Assembly: GCA_021741245.1 (NCBI GenBank)
Contig: JAIOYF010000004.1
Location: forward strand, 350,990 to 414,989
Direction: 5' to 3'
Source of the DNA: Paracoccaceae bacterium
Lineage (GTDB): Bacteria; Pseudomonadota; Alphaproteobacteria; Rhodobacterales; Rhodobacteraceae
DNA length: 64,000 nucleotides
Shown: positions 9,801-17,612 of the stretch, piece after piece
Position numbering within the stretch: position 1 is the first letter of the stretch
How the letters are laid out: every line of letters starts with the position of its first letter
Notes under the pieces: generated by a model
The model's input: the letters and a program-made list of their open reading frames with translations, nothing else
Database searches by the model: none
Told to the model about the DNA's origin: nothing
Made by a program: the position numbers and the translations under genes

Positions 9801-11603
9801 GGTGACTGTATCAGTGACCAGCACGCTGAAGTTATTGATGAAGATATCATCTGAACCCACAGCATTGGTGTAAAACGTCAGCGTGCCCGTATCGGGAACC
9901 GTTGCAGGCAGGTTTATGGTGACCGTTGTCGCGGGGCCGGTATAGGCACTTGTTTCAACAATGGTCGAAACAGGTCCGCTTGCGCCGTTCGAATAGGTGA
10001 TCGTGGCTTGGCTGCCATCGCCGTTTGGGGTGCTGATCGTGGCATAGGTGACGCCGTTGATCCGCACCTCGACCGTGGTGACACCGGCCGTTGATGCGGG
10101 CGTCGCGTCGCTCCAGGCAAGGTCAAAGGCGATCTGCGCGGCACCATTCGTGCCCGGTCCGGTTTGCAGGCCCGACACGGTGGCGTTATGGGTCAGGGTT
10201 CCTGATGTCGCGGTGGCTTCAAAAAGATAGCCGACGCCGCTGAACACGCCGCCGCCGGTCTCGCTCCACCCTGTCGTTCCTGCTGCGAAGCTGCCGTTGG
10301 TCAGGCGCTGGACCTCTCCGATATCTTCGCCGCCGGAAATCAGATCGTTCCCGTCGCCGCCAATCAAGGTATCGTTGCCGGTGCCGCCATCAAGCGAGTC
10401 GTTTCCACTGCCCCCTGTCAGCGCATCCGCGCCGCCATTGCCAAGCAAATGCACGGATGATGTATTCAGCGAAGCGTTTATGGTGTCGGCATATTCGGTG
10501 GCATCAATCGCCTCGATCCCGGCAAATGTGCCCGAGGCGTCGCCGCTGCCATTGTAATCATAGGTGCCCGCATCCGTGCCGGCAAAGGTGACGGTGACGC
10601 CATCGGTGGTCAGCCAATTGCCAAAGTCGATCCAGTCGGTATCACCACCTTCTTCGCCGCCAAAAATATAGTCCAGTTGGTGATCTTCGGTCAGCCAGAA
10701 CACATCGTTGCCGGTGCCACCGTAAAGCGAATCCGTGCCGATCCCGCCGGAAAGGTAGTCGTCGCCCGCGTCACCATAGATCTGGTCATTGTCCCCGGCC
10801 CCGATCAGGGTGTCGCTGCCGTCCCCGCCATAGACTGTGTCATCGCCGCCGTCGGTGTTCCAATCCCCAAATCTGTCGTTGCCGTCGCCGCCATAGAACA
10901 GATCATTCCCATCACCGCCAAAGGCTGTGTCATTGCCGCTTTCGCCACGGATCGTATCCATGCCGCCATCGCCATAGATCAGATCGTTGCCATATTGCGC
11001 GCGGATGTCGTCATCGCCAAAGCCGCCATAGATGACGTCAGCCAAGTTCGGGCCATAGGTGACCGTCTGTGCGCCGGTTCCGTTGATCGGCTCAAGGAAA
11101 TAGCCGTTCAGGTCCTTGAGAACCCAGTTGTGACCAACAAAGGTCGATTGCACATAGGTTTGACCGGCGCCAATTGTGGCGTAGTAAACTTGGCTCCCGG
11201 AAGCGTCGATAAAGTAAAGGTCAACTGGCCCATCGGCACTGTTGACGATGGTCAGATTGACCGCAGCCCCCGTCGAGGTGCTTGCCCAGTTTGCGATGGC
11301 CAAGAATTGACCATCGCCAAGGATTACGTCGTTTTCATTGCCGCCATAAATCGTATCTTGCCCTTGGCCACCGGTCAGATTGTCTGAACCAGCACCACCA
11401 AAGATACTGTCGTTGCCCATTTCACCCGCAACAGAGTCGTTCCCGGTGCCGCCATCGAGTGTGTCATTTCCGGTCCCACCGTAAACCAGATCAGCGCCAT
11501 CTGCCGCGTTGAGCGAGTCATTGCCGGCCCCGCCATACATCGTGTCATTGGTGAAATAGTAGGTTGCGGTGTCATTGCCGCTGGTGCCGTTATATGTGGC
11601 CAT
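6810..11603 (-). CDS. Giant RTX-type calcium-binding repeat protein with a C-terminal Hint (Hedgehog/intein) domain
   Basis: 1597-aa ORF. Many GGxGxDxL/I/F nonapeptide repeats (e.g. GGAGNDSL, GGTGNDTL) lie along the whole length. The C-terminus starts CFTPGTLIETVSGPVPVDALRPGDLV and ends HILFDRHEVVFAEGAATESL, which is Hint_2-like. GAGG sits 9 nt before the ATG. Confidence 0.9.
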   Translation of the reverse strand: MATYNGTSGNDTATYYFTNDTMYGGAGNDSLNAADGADLVYGGTGNDTLDGGTGNDSVAGEMGNDSIFGGAGSDNLTGGQGQDTIYGGNENDVILGDGQFLAIANWASTSTGAAVNLTIVNSADGPVDLYFIDASGSQVYYATIGAGQTYVQSTFVGHNWVLKDLNGYFLEPINGTGAQTVTYGPNLADVIYGGFGDDDIRAQYGNDLIYGDGGMDTIRGESGNDTAFGGDGNDLFYGGDGNDRFGDWNTDGGDDTVYGGDGSDTLIGAGDNDQIYGDAGDDYLSGGIGTDSLYGGTGNDVFWLTEDHQLDYIFGGEEGGDTDWIDFGNWLTTDGVTVTFAGTDAGTYDYNGSGDASGTFAGIEAIDATEYADTINASLNTSSVHLLGNGGADALTGGSGNDSLDGGTGNDTLIGGDGNDLISGGEDIGEVQRLTNGSFAAGTTGWSETGGGVFSGVGYLFEATATSGTLTHNATVSGLQTGPGTNGAAQIAFDLAWSDATPASTAGVTTVEVRINGVTYATISTPNGDGSQATITYSNGASGPVSTIVETSAYTGPATTVTINLPATVPDTGTLTFYTNAVGSDDIFINNFSVLVTDTVTAGNDSLDGGLGNDTLYGGAGNDSLLGGAGTDSLFGGDNDDTLVGGAGADTLDGGLGFDTADYSASGAAVSVNLATGTGTGGDAAGDALSGIEAVQGSAYNDTLIGSTGADALYGGAGTDYFYGGGGHDSMFGGAATDVFDVGSGEGVDSIVGGETGYDVDFLQFSGTVAGVTVTLTGTEAGTYAFGGGGSGTFSEIEIITGTAQADSMDGSIATSTVNLQGNAGNDTLTGGSGADMIYGGANDDVLFGGDGNDIVQGDAGNDLMYGGLGNDTISAVSGNDTGYGGDGDDYMAAGSEAVAFYGGAGNDTLFGGYAASTLDGGDGNDTITGYAGADQIYGGTGDDSLTGGDGNDSLFGGDGSDTLLGGAGNDTLTGGAGGDSLMGGDGADVIYGASGDTVLGGEGGTDNDTLILNYADVESIAYGGGTNEAGVVTFTAASGGGTLTFSEIESIQYTGVVDGTSGNDSIGSGYIDAQGDQLDGSDGNNDTVLAGDGDDEVKGLFGDDSLDGGAGSDTAVFSGDVTDYSFDYDPSGALIVTDSVGGRDGTDTISGFEYVEFNGTTYHLVTGDDGSNTTLQGPDDGTPSLIIAHDGNDWGGGHPTSDVIFGGAGDDTLDGGDGNDTLLGEDGNDLLRGDGGNDQAFGGAGADTLEGGLGDDVLSGGADSDTLTGGDGNDSLTGGAGEDTFVLAQGGDADTVTDFDMTLSAGRTADQLDVSDLRTPSGDPIAWRDVVVSDTVGDGSGDAVLIFPSGESVVLQGVSPAAIDSKQEMAAVGIPCFTPGTLIETVSGPVPVDALRPGDLVRTLDHGYRPIRWVGCRQLDADDLMAHPNLRPVIIRKGALGNRRRICVSPQHAFLLNGRLIRAKHLASGLGGKVARIDHKAQAVTYVHILFDRHEVVFAEGAATESLYPGPMALRGLDLAALAELLTLFPQLAGGLGHKENTAAIYGRPARRYEKPGIQKDRDTGLNRSLPLHLNPVNDRLACQTNAARPFAARRR
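7070..7475 (-). other. Hint_2-type autoprocessing domain (residues ~1377-1510 of the RTX protein)
   Basis: The Cys codon was verified at 7473..7475 (gca on the plus strand). The domain runs from the CF(T)PGT start to the HExV...G..ESL end motif. Confidence 0.75.
9816..10316 (-). other. Non-repeat beta-rich insertion, CBM/galactose-binding-like jelly roll (residues ~430-596)
   Basis: Starts LTNGSFAAGTTGW, an opening typical of CBM4/9-like modules. The region is Thr/Ser/Gly-rich and has no GGxGxD repeats. Confidence 0.4.
11052..11312 (-). other. VHL beta-domain-like insertion (residues ~98-184 of the RTX protein)
   Basis: Ungapped 52-residue match of residues 113-164 to human pVHL 70-121, including the GHxW(L/V)(F/L)(R/K)D signature (VGHNWVLKD against RGHLWLFRD). 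The translation was verified from the DNA at 11103..11153. Confidence 0.5.
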
Positions 11604-11616
11604 GGGTTATGCCTCA

Positions 11617-11646
11617 GCCCGAACCATGCACGCCCGAACCCTGCAC
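11617..11646. repeat. 15-nt tandem direct repeat (2 copies, 1 mismatch) in the 5' leader of the RTX gene
   Basis: gcccgaaccatgcac / gcccgaaccctgcac read directly from the sequence, 14-43 nt upstream of the start codon. Confidence 0.6.
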
Positions 11647-12132
11647 GACGGTGCGGCCATAAAATGGTCACCGCACACATCGTCCAAAAGGTTCGTCACT
11701 TTACGCATCTTTGCCCACCCAGCTTGGCGTTCCGAGTCTTGATCCGGTTCCGCCGACAGACAGCCAAGTCACCTACACCAAAACAGCTGCCCTCTCCTCG
11801 GACCGGACCATTGAAACCCGGGGCCGAATCCAACCAGCTTTGTATAAAACGGTTGGAATGACGGTCGGTTAAAGGTGAAATGAGAAATAAATTTTGGACA
11901 CTACGTCGAAATCTGCCAAAACGCCCGCCAAGGCGTGACTTTGGTGCGGTGCGGGTCGACCAAAGGCCCAATTGGGATGCAGGGCATGTCTAAATCGCTC
12001 AAATTCAGGCTGTTGCTTGTGCGGTGGCCCGTTTCAGCCGCGACCAGCCTTGCGTTTGTACAAGGGCATTGTGCAAACCGAGGTCGCTGATGTCATTGAA
12101 ACAATCATGCGGGACAGGGTGGAGTTTGACGG

Positions 12133-13017
12133 ATGCTGAAAGATCATGGCCGCTACAATTATCGCCCGATCACGGAACGGGCCGATTTCGACTGGCCCGG
12201 CGGGGCGCGGTTGGCGGTTTATCTTGGCCTGAACCTTGAACATTTTGCCTTTGGCGAAGGCCTTGGCGCAGAACTCGCCCCCGGCGGGCCGCAACCGGAT
12301 GTGCTAAACTATGCGTGGCGCGATTATGGCAATCGGGTCGGGGCATGGCGGATGCGGGATGTGTTTGACGAATTGGACCTGCCCGTCAGCGTGATCGCCA
12401 ACAGCGCCATGTATGCCTATGCGCCAGAGTTGATGGCCGCCTTTCGTGCCCGCGGGGATGAGGTGATCGGCCATGGCCGCAGCAATTCGGAACGGCAAAG
12501 CACCTTGCCCGCTGCGCAAGAAGCCGCCCTGATCCATGAGGCGACGGCTGTCTTGACCGAGGCCGAGGGGAAGGCCCCCCAAGGTTGGCTGTCCCCCTGG
12601 ATCGCGGAAAGCCTTGAGACGCCAGATCTTTTGGTCGAGGCGGGCTATGGCTACACCCTTAACTGGTGCATGGATGATCAACCGGTCTGGATGCGCACTC
12701 GGTCTGGGCCGCTTTTGTCGATCCCTTATCCGCAAGAGGTCAACGACATTCCTGCAATCGTAGCGCGCAAGGATGGGGCAGGGGCTTTTGCCGATATGAT
12801 CATCGACACGTTTGAGGAAATGCGCAGCCAATCACAGGGTCAATCCTTGGTCATGGGGATCGCACTGCATCCCTATCTTGTCGGTCAACCGCATCGCTTG
12901 CGCCACCTGCGCCGCGCGCTTAGCCATATTGCCGCGCAGCGCGATGACATCTGGCTGACACGCTGTGGCGAGATTCATCGATACTGTCGCGACAGCATTG
13001 CCGATCGGCTTGCCTAA
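12133..13017 (+). CDS. Polysaccharide deacetylase (NodB-homology, PuuE-like) family protein
   Basis: 294-aa ORF with the N-terminal pattern YNYRPI...DFDWPGGARLAVYLGLNLEHF and GHGRSN, as in divergent polysaccharide deacetylases. Confidence 0.7.
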   Translation: MLKDHGRYNYRPITERADFDWPGGARLAVYLGLNLEHFAFGEGLGAELAPGGPQPDVLNYAWRDYGNRVGAWRMRDVFDELDLPVSVIANSAMYAYAPELMAAFRARGDEVIGHGRSNSERQSTLPAAQEAALIHEATAVLTEAEGKAPQGWLSPWIAESLETPDLLVEAGYGYTLNWCMDDQPVWMRTRSGPLLSIPYPQEVNDIPAIVARKDGAGAFADMIIDTFEEMRSQSQGQSLVMGIALHPYLVGQPHRLRHLRRALSHIAAQRDDIWLTRCGEIHRYCRDSIADRLA

Positions 13018-13162
13018 CCCGACACTGTGCCAGTATGCCGTCACCCTTGAGTGCCAAAGGCTTGAGTTTGGTCGCAGGTCCAACCTGTGGCATGGGCAAA
13101 CGCGGCGGCGTGGGTTAAGGTGCAAAAATCAGCCGAATGTGGGGCCGATCCGAAAGGGTTAG

Positions 13163-14179
13163 ATGAAGCGATTTGCCTGCCCAAACTGTGGCAGTGAGGT
13201 TCACTTTGAGAACTTCGCCTGTGTCAAATGTGGTGTGCAATTTGGGGTTCATCCGCAATCGTTGCAAATGCACAGGGTGGACGCGGGAAATCAGCGGTGC
13301 CGAAACGCGCGCATTGCGGGGTGTAACTGGTTGACGCCGCTTGGCTTTTGTATTGCCTGCCAACACAATCACGTCGTCCCCGATCCAAGCATTGCCAGCA
13401 ACACCGCCCGCTGGGCTGAGATTGAATTGGCGAAACGCCAATTGATCTATGCCCTGCGGCGCTGGTCATTGCCGCATCCAACGCGGGCGCAATCGCCAGC
13501 CACGGGCCTTGCGTTTGATTTTCTGGCCGACCGTCAGAACAGCGATGGCAGCACAACGCGGGTCGAGACGGGCCATCACAACGGTTTGATCACCCTTAAT
13601 CTGGCCGAGGGCGATGATGTGCTGCGGGCTGCGCAAAAGCGTGACATGGAAGAACCCTATCGCACCGTGATTGGCCATTTGCGCCATGAGATCGGGCATT
13701 ATTACTGGGCCATGCTGGTGCGCGGCCCCGCGCTGTCCACCTTTCGCGGATTGTTTGGGGATGAACGGCGCGATTACCCGCAAGCGTTGCAGCGCCACTA
13801 TGCCCAAGGGGCCCCGGTTGGCTGGACGCAGTCCCATATCAGCGCCTATGCCTCGTCCCACCCGTGGGAGGATTTTGCCGAAACATGGGCGCATTGGATG
13901 CATATCACCGATGGGTTGGAAACCTTTCGCGCCTATGGCATCGCGCTGGATGGGCCTGCGGGCACAATCGTGCGGATTGATGAAGACCCCTATGCCACCC
14001 GCGATGTGCAGCGTATGATCGAGGCTTGGGTCACGGTCAGCGTGGCGCTCAACAGCATGAACAGAGGCATGGGGCAACCAGACCTTTACCCCTTTGTGCT
14101 TTCGGCCCGCGTTGTGGACAAATTGCGCTTTGTTCACGGGCTTATTCAGGCCGCGTCGGGAAAATTGCCTATTTTATAG
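13163..14179 (+). CDS. Zinc-ribbon plus zincin-like metallopeptidase family protein
   Basis: N-terminal CPNCG...CVKCG zinc ribbon and an HEIGHYYW (HExxH) motif mid-protein. Confidence 0.7.
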   Translation: MKRFACPNCGSEVHFENFACVKCGVQFGVHPQSLQMHRVDAGNQRCRNARIAGCNWLTPLGFCIACQHNHVVPDPSIASNTARWAEIELAKRQLIYALRRWSLPHPTRAQSPATGLAFDFLADRQNSDGSTTRVETGHHNGLITLNLAEGDDVLRAAQKRDMEEPYRTVIGHLRHEIGHYYWAMLVRGPALSTFRGLFGDERRDYPQALQRHYAQGAPVGWTQSHISAYASSHPWEDFAETWAHWMHITDGLETFRAYGIALDGPAGTIVRIDEDPYATRDVQRMIEAWVTVSVALNSMNRGMGQPDLYPFVLSARVVDKLRFVHGLIQAASGKLPIL

Positions 14180-14294
14180 GCGCTTGAGCCGGATCACGGG
14201 GGCATGTGTCGCAAAATCGGGCCAAAGTGCATAAAGCACTAGAGGAACACCGGGGCTTGTGAAAAAAAAGCAGTCCGTCTTGAAAGAACCGATC

Positions 14295-17200
14295 ATGTCA
14301 ATCCTTGCCAGCATCCACCACCTGACCCATTACAAATATGACCGGCCGGTCACGCTTGGCCCGCAGGTGATCCGCCTGCGCCCGGCACCGCACAGCCGCA
14401 CAAGGGTGGTGTCACATTCCCTCAAGGTCTCGCCCGCGAACCATTTCGTGAACTATCAGCAAGACCCGTATGGCAACTGGATGGCGCGCTATGTTTTTCC
14501 CGATCCGGTGACAGAATTCCGGATCGAGGTGGATCTGACGGCTGACATGACCGTCTATAACCCCTTTGACTTCTTTGTGGAGGCAAGTGCCGAAACATGG
14601 CCCTTTGACTACCCCGCAGACATCGCCGATGATCTGGTGATCTACCGCAAATGCGACCTGCCGGGCCCCCTTTTGCAAGGCTTTCTTGATCGTGTGCCGC
14701 GTGACCCGGTGCGCACAACAGACTTCATCGTGCGGCTGAATGCGCAGCTGGCCCAAGAGATCGGCTATGTGATCCGTATGGAACCGGGTGTGCAGACGCC
14801 CGAGGAAACCTTGGGCATCGGCAAAGGTTCGTGCCGCGATACAAGTTGGCTTTTGGTGCAGGCCCTGCGGCATCTGGGGTTTGCGGCGCGGTTCGTGTCG
14901 GGCTATCTGATCCAGCTAAAGCCCGATCTGGTGGCGATTGACGGCCCTGCAGGAACCTCGCAGGATTTCACCGATCTGCATGCATGGTGCGAAGTCTATC
15001 TTCCGGGGGCAGGCTGGATCGGGTTGGACCCGACCAGTGGTCTGCTGACCGGGGAAAGCCATATCCCGCTGTCGGCCACGCCGCACTATTCGAATGCGGC
15101 GCCAATCTCGGGCATGGCAAGCTATGCCGAGGTGACCTTTGACTTTGACATGACGGTGCAACGCGTGGCCGAACATCCGCGCATCACCAAGCCGTTTTCC
15201 GAAGAGGCATGGGCCGATCTGAACGCCCTTGGCCACAAGGTCGATGCGGCCTTGGCGGCGGGCGATGTGCGCCTGACGATGGGGGGGGAGCCGACCTTTG
15301 TCTCGATCGACGATTTTGAGGCGGGTGAGTGGAACACTGATGCCGTTGGCCCCACCAAACGCATTTTTGCCGATGCGCTGATCCGCCGACTGCAGGCGCG
15401 CTTTGCGCCGGGGGGATTTTTGCACTATGGGCAGGGCAAATGGTATCCGGGCGAAACCCTGCCACGCTGGACGTTCAGCCTCTATTGGCGACGCGATGGC
15501 AAGCCGATCTGGCACGACACCGCCCTGATCGCGCCCGAGGTGACGGGGGCCACCGTTACGCCCGCTCAGGCCAGCGCCCTGCTGGAAACCATCGCAGAAA
15601 CCTTGGGCCTGCCGGCCGACAATGTGACACCCGCATTCGAGGACCCGGCGGAATGGATCGTCAAGGAAGGCAATCTGCCCGAAAACGTCACGCCTGAAAA
15701 TTCGCAACTCAAAGACCCCGAGGAGCGTAACCGGATCGCCCGCGTCTTTGCGCGGGGGCTGACCGAACCTTCGGGCTTTGTGCTGCCAGTCCAGCGCTGG
15801 CAGGCCAAGGCGGCGCAAACCTGGGTGTCAGAGAAATGGGCGCTGCGGCGCGGGCATCTGTTCCTTGTGCCGGGGGACAGCCCCGTGGGGTATCGTCTGC
15901 CGCTGGGATCGCTGCCCTTTGTCAAGCCTGCGGATTATCCGCATGTGCACCCGTCAGACCCGTTTGATGACCGCGGCGCCTTGCCGGATTTTGCGCCCGA
16001 AACCCCCGATCAGCACAGGCAAGAGCGCGCCACCTTTACCGCATCCGAGGCCACGCAAGATGTGCGTGAACAGGCGATCTCGGATGTGGCGGGTACGGTG
16101 CGCACCGCGATTTCGGTGGAGCCGCGCGACGGGCGGCTTTGTGTCTTCATGCCGCCCGTGGAAAAGGTCGAGGATTATCTGGAACTGGTCGCCGCAGCCG
16201 AAGCCGCTGCCAAACGCCATGGCCTGCCGGTCCATATCGAAGGCTATGGTCCGCCAAATGACCCCCGCTTGAATGTGATCCGCGTGGCCCCCGATCCGGG
16301 GGTGATCGAGGTCAATATTCACCCCGCCCACACCTGGGGCGAGGTGACGGCCACCACCGAGGCCGTCTATGAAGAGGCGCGACAATTGCGTCTTGGGGCC
16401 GACAAGTTCATGATCGACGGCAAGCACACCGGAACCGGTGGCGGCAATCATGTGGTGGTGGGCGGTGTCACGCCCGCCGACAGCCCGTTTTTGCGCCGCC
16501 CCGATCTGCTGGCCAGCCTGATCCTCTATTGGCAGCGTCACCCCAGCCTGTCTTACCTGTTTTCGGGCCTGTTCATCGGCCCCACCTCGCAGGCGCCGCG
16601 CATTGATGAAGCGCGGATGGACAGTCTTTATGAACTTGAGATTGCACTGTCGCAAATCCCGGTGCCGGGGCAGGGTGCGGCGCCTGCGCCGTGGCTTGTG
16701 GACCGGCTGTTGCGCAATCTTTTGGTCGATGTGACCGGCAATACCCATCGGGCCGAGATCTGCATTGACAAGCTCTATTCCCCCGATGGCCCCACAGGCC
16801 GCTTGGGTCTGGTGGAGTTTCGCGGGTTCGAGATGCCGCCCAACCCGCGCATGAGCCTTGCCCAGCAGCTTTTGATCCGGGCAATCATTGCGCGCATGTG
16901 GGCCAGCCCGATCAAGGGCAATCTGACCCGTTGGGGCACGACGCTGGCGGATCGCTTTATGCTGCCGCATTTCGTCTGGACCGATTTTCTGGATGTCTTG
17001 GCCGATCTGCGCGAACACGGCTTTGATCTGAACCCGGATTGGTTCAAGGCGCAGGCCGAATTCCGTTTTCCCTTCTGCGGGGAAACCACGGTCGAGGGCG
17101 TCACGCTGGAACTGCGCCAAGCCTTGGAGCCATGGCATGTGCTGGGCGAAACCGGGGCGATTGGTGGCACGGTGCGCTATACCGACAGCTCGGTTGAGCG

Positions 17201-17612
17201 GTTGCAGGCCAAGCTGACCTGTGCCGATCCGGGCCGCTATACCGTCACCTGCAATCAGCGCCAATTGCCGATGCAGGCGGCAGGGGCAGGCGTGTCGGTC
17301 GCGGGGGTGCGCTACAAGGCGTGGCAACCGCCCCTTGCGTTGCACCCGGTTTTGCCAGTGAACGCGCCGCTGACCTTTGACATCTATGACACATGGAACG
17401 GGCGGGCCTTGGGGGGATGCACCTATCACGTCAAGCACCCCGGCGGGCGCAGCTATGATACCTTTCCGGTCAACAGCAATGAGGCAGAGGCGCGGCGGCT
17501 TGCCCGTTTTGAAGCGCGCGGTCATACTGCGGGTTCCTATGAGCCGGTTCCCGAAACCCCGCACCCCGAGTTCCCGATGACCCTAGACCTGCGCCGCGCG
17601 CCCCGGCAGTGA
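14295..17612 (+). CDS. Large transglutaminase-family protein (N-terminal transglutaminase core plus DUF2126-like C-terminal region)
   Basis: Cys-His-Asp transglutaminase motifs are present ([13 protein letters not shown]; [23 protein letters not shown]). The ATG at 14295 is preferred over the upstream GTG at 14259. Confidence 0.8.
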   Translation: MSILASIHHLTHYKYDRPVTLGPQVIRLRPAPHSRTRVVSHSLKVSPANHFVNYQQDPYGNWMARYVFPDPVTEFRIEVDLTADMTVYNPFDFFVEASAETWPFDYPADIADDLVIYRKCDLPGPLLQGFLDRVPRDPVRTTDFIVRLNAQLAQEIGYVIRMEPGVQTPEETLGIGKGSCRDTSWLLVQALRHLGFAARFVSGYLIQLKPDLVAIDGPAGTSQDFTDLHAWCEVYLPGAGWIGLDPTSGLLTGESHIPLSATPHYSNAAPISGMASYAEVTFDFDMTVQRVAEHPRITKPFSEEAWADLNALGHKVDAALAAGDVRLTMGGEPTFVSIDDFEAGEWNTDAVGPTKRIFADALIRRLQARFAPGGFLHYGQGKWYPGETLPRWTFSLYWRRDGKPIWHDTALIAPEVTGATVTPAQASALLETIAETLGLPADNVTPAFEDPAEWIVKEGNLPENVTPENSQLKDPEERNRIARVFARGLTEPSGFVLPVQRWQAKAAQTWVSEKWALRRGHLFLVPGDSPVGYRLPLGSLPFVKPADYPHVHPSDPFDDRGALPDFAPETPDQHRQERATFTASEATQDVREQAISDVAGTVRTAISVEPRDGRLCVFMPPVEKVEDYLELVAAAEAAAKRHGLPVHIEGYGPPNDPRLNVIRVAPDPGVIEVNIHPAHTWGEVTATTEAVYEEARQLRLGADKFMIDGKHTGTGGGNHVVVGGVTPADSPFLRRPDLLASLILYWQRHPSLSYLFSGLFIGPTSQAPRIDEARMDSLYELEIALSQIPVPGQGAAPAPWLVDRLLRNLLVDVTGNTHRAEICIDKLYSPDGPTGRLGLVEFRGFEMPPNPRMSLAQQLLIRAIIARMWASPIKGNLTRWGTTLADRFMLPHFVWTDFLDVLADLREHGFDLNPDWFKAQAEFRFPFCGETTVEGVTLELRQALEPWHVLGETGAIGGTVRYTDSSVERLQAKLTCADPGRYTVTCNQRQLPMQAAGAGVSVAGVRYKAWQPPLALHPVLPVNAPLTFDIYDTWNGRALGGCTYHVKHPGGRSYDTFPVNSNEAEARRLARFEARGHTAGSYEPVPETPHPEFPMTLDLRRAPRQ

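Noticed and set aside
6882-11387. Long plus-strand ORFs antisense to the RTX gene (6882..8186 at 434 aa, 9033..9854 at 273 aa, 10677..11387 at 236 aa, and many shorter ones).
   Set aside because: They mirror the GGxGxD repeat codons of the minus-strand gene and translate to low-complexity A/V/I/G/D strings with no motifs. This is the typical antisense open frame of a high-GC repeat gene.
15954-17564. 536-aa minus-strand ORF inside the DUF2126/transglutaminase gene.
   Set aside because: It lies fully antisense to a gene with clear catalytic motifs. Its product is Arg/Gly/Pro/Ala-rich with no recognisable domain, which marks it as a GC-driven artefact.
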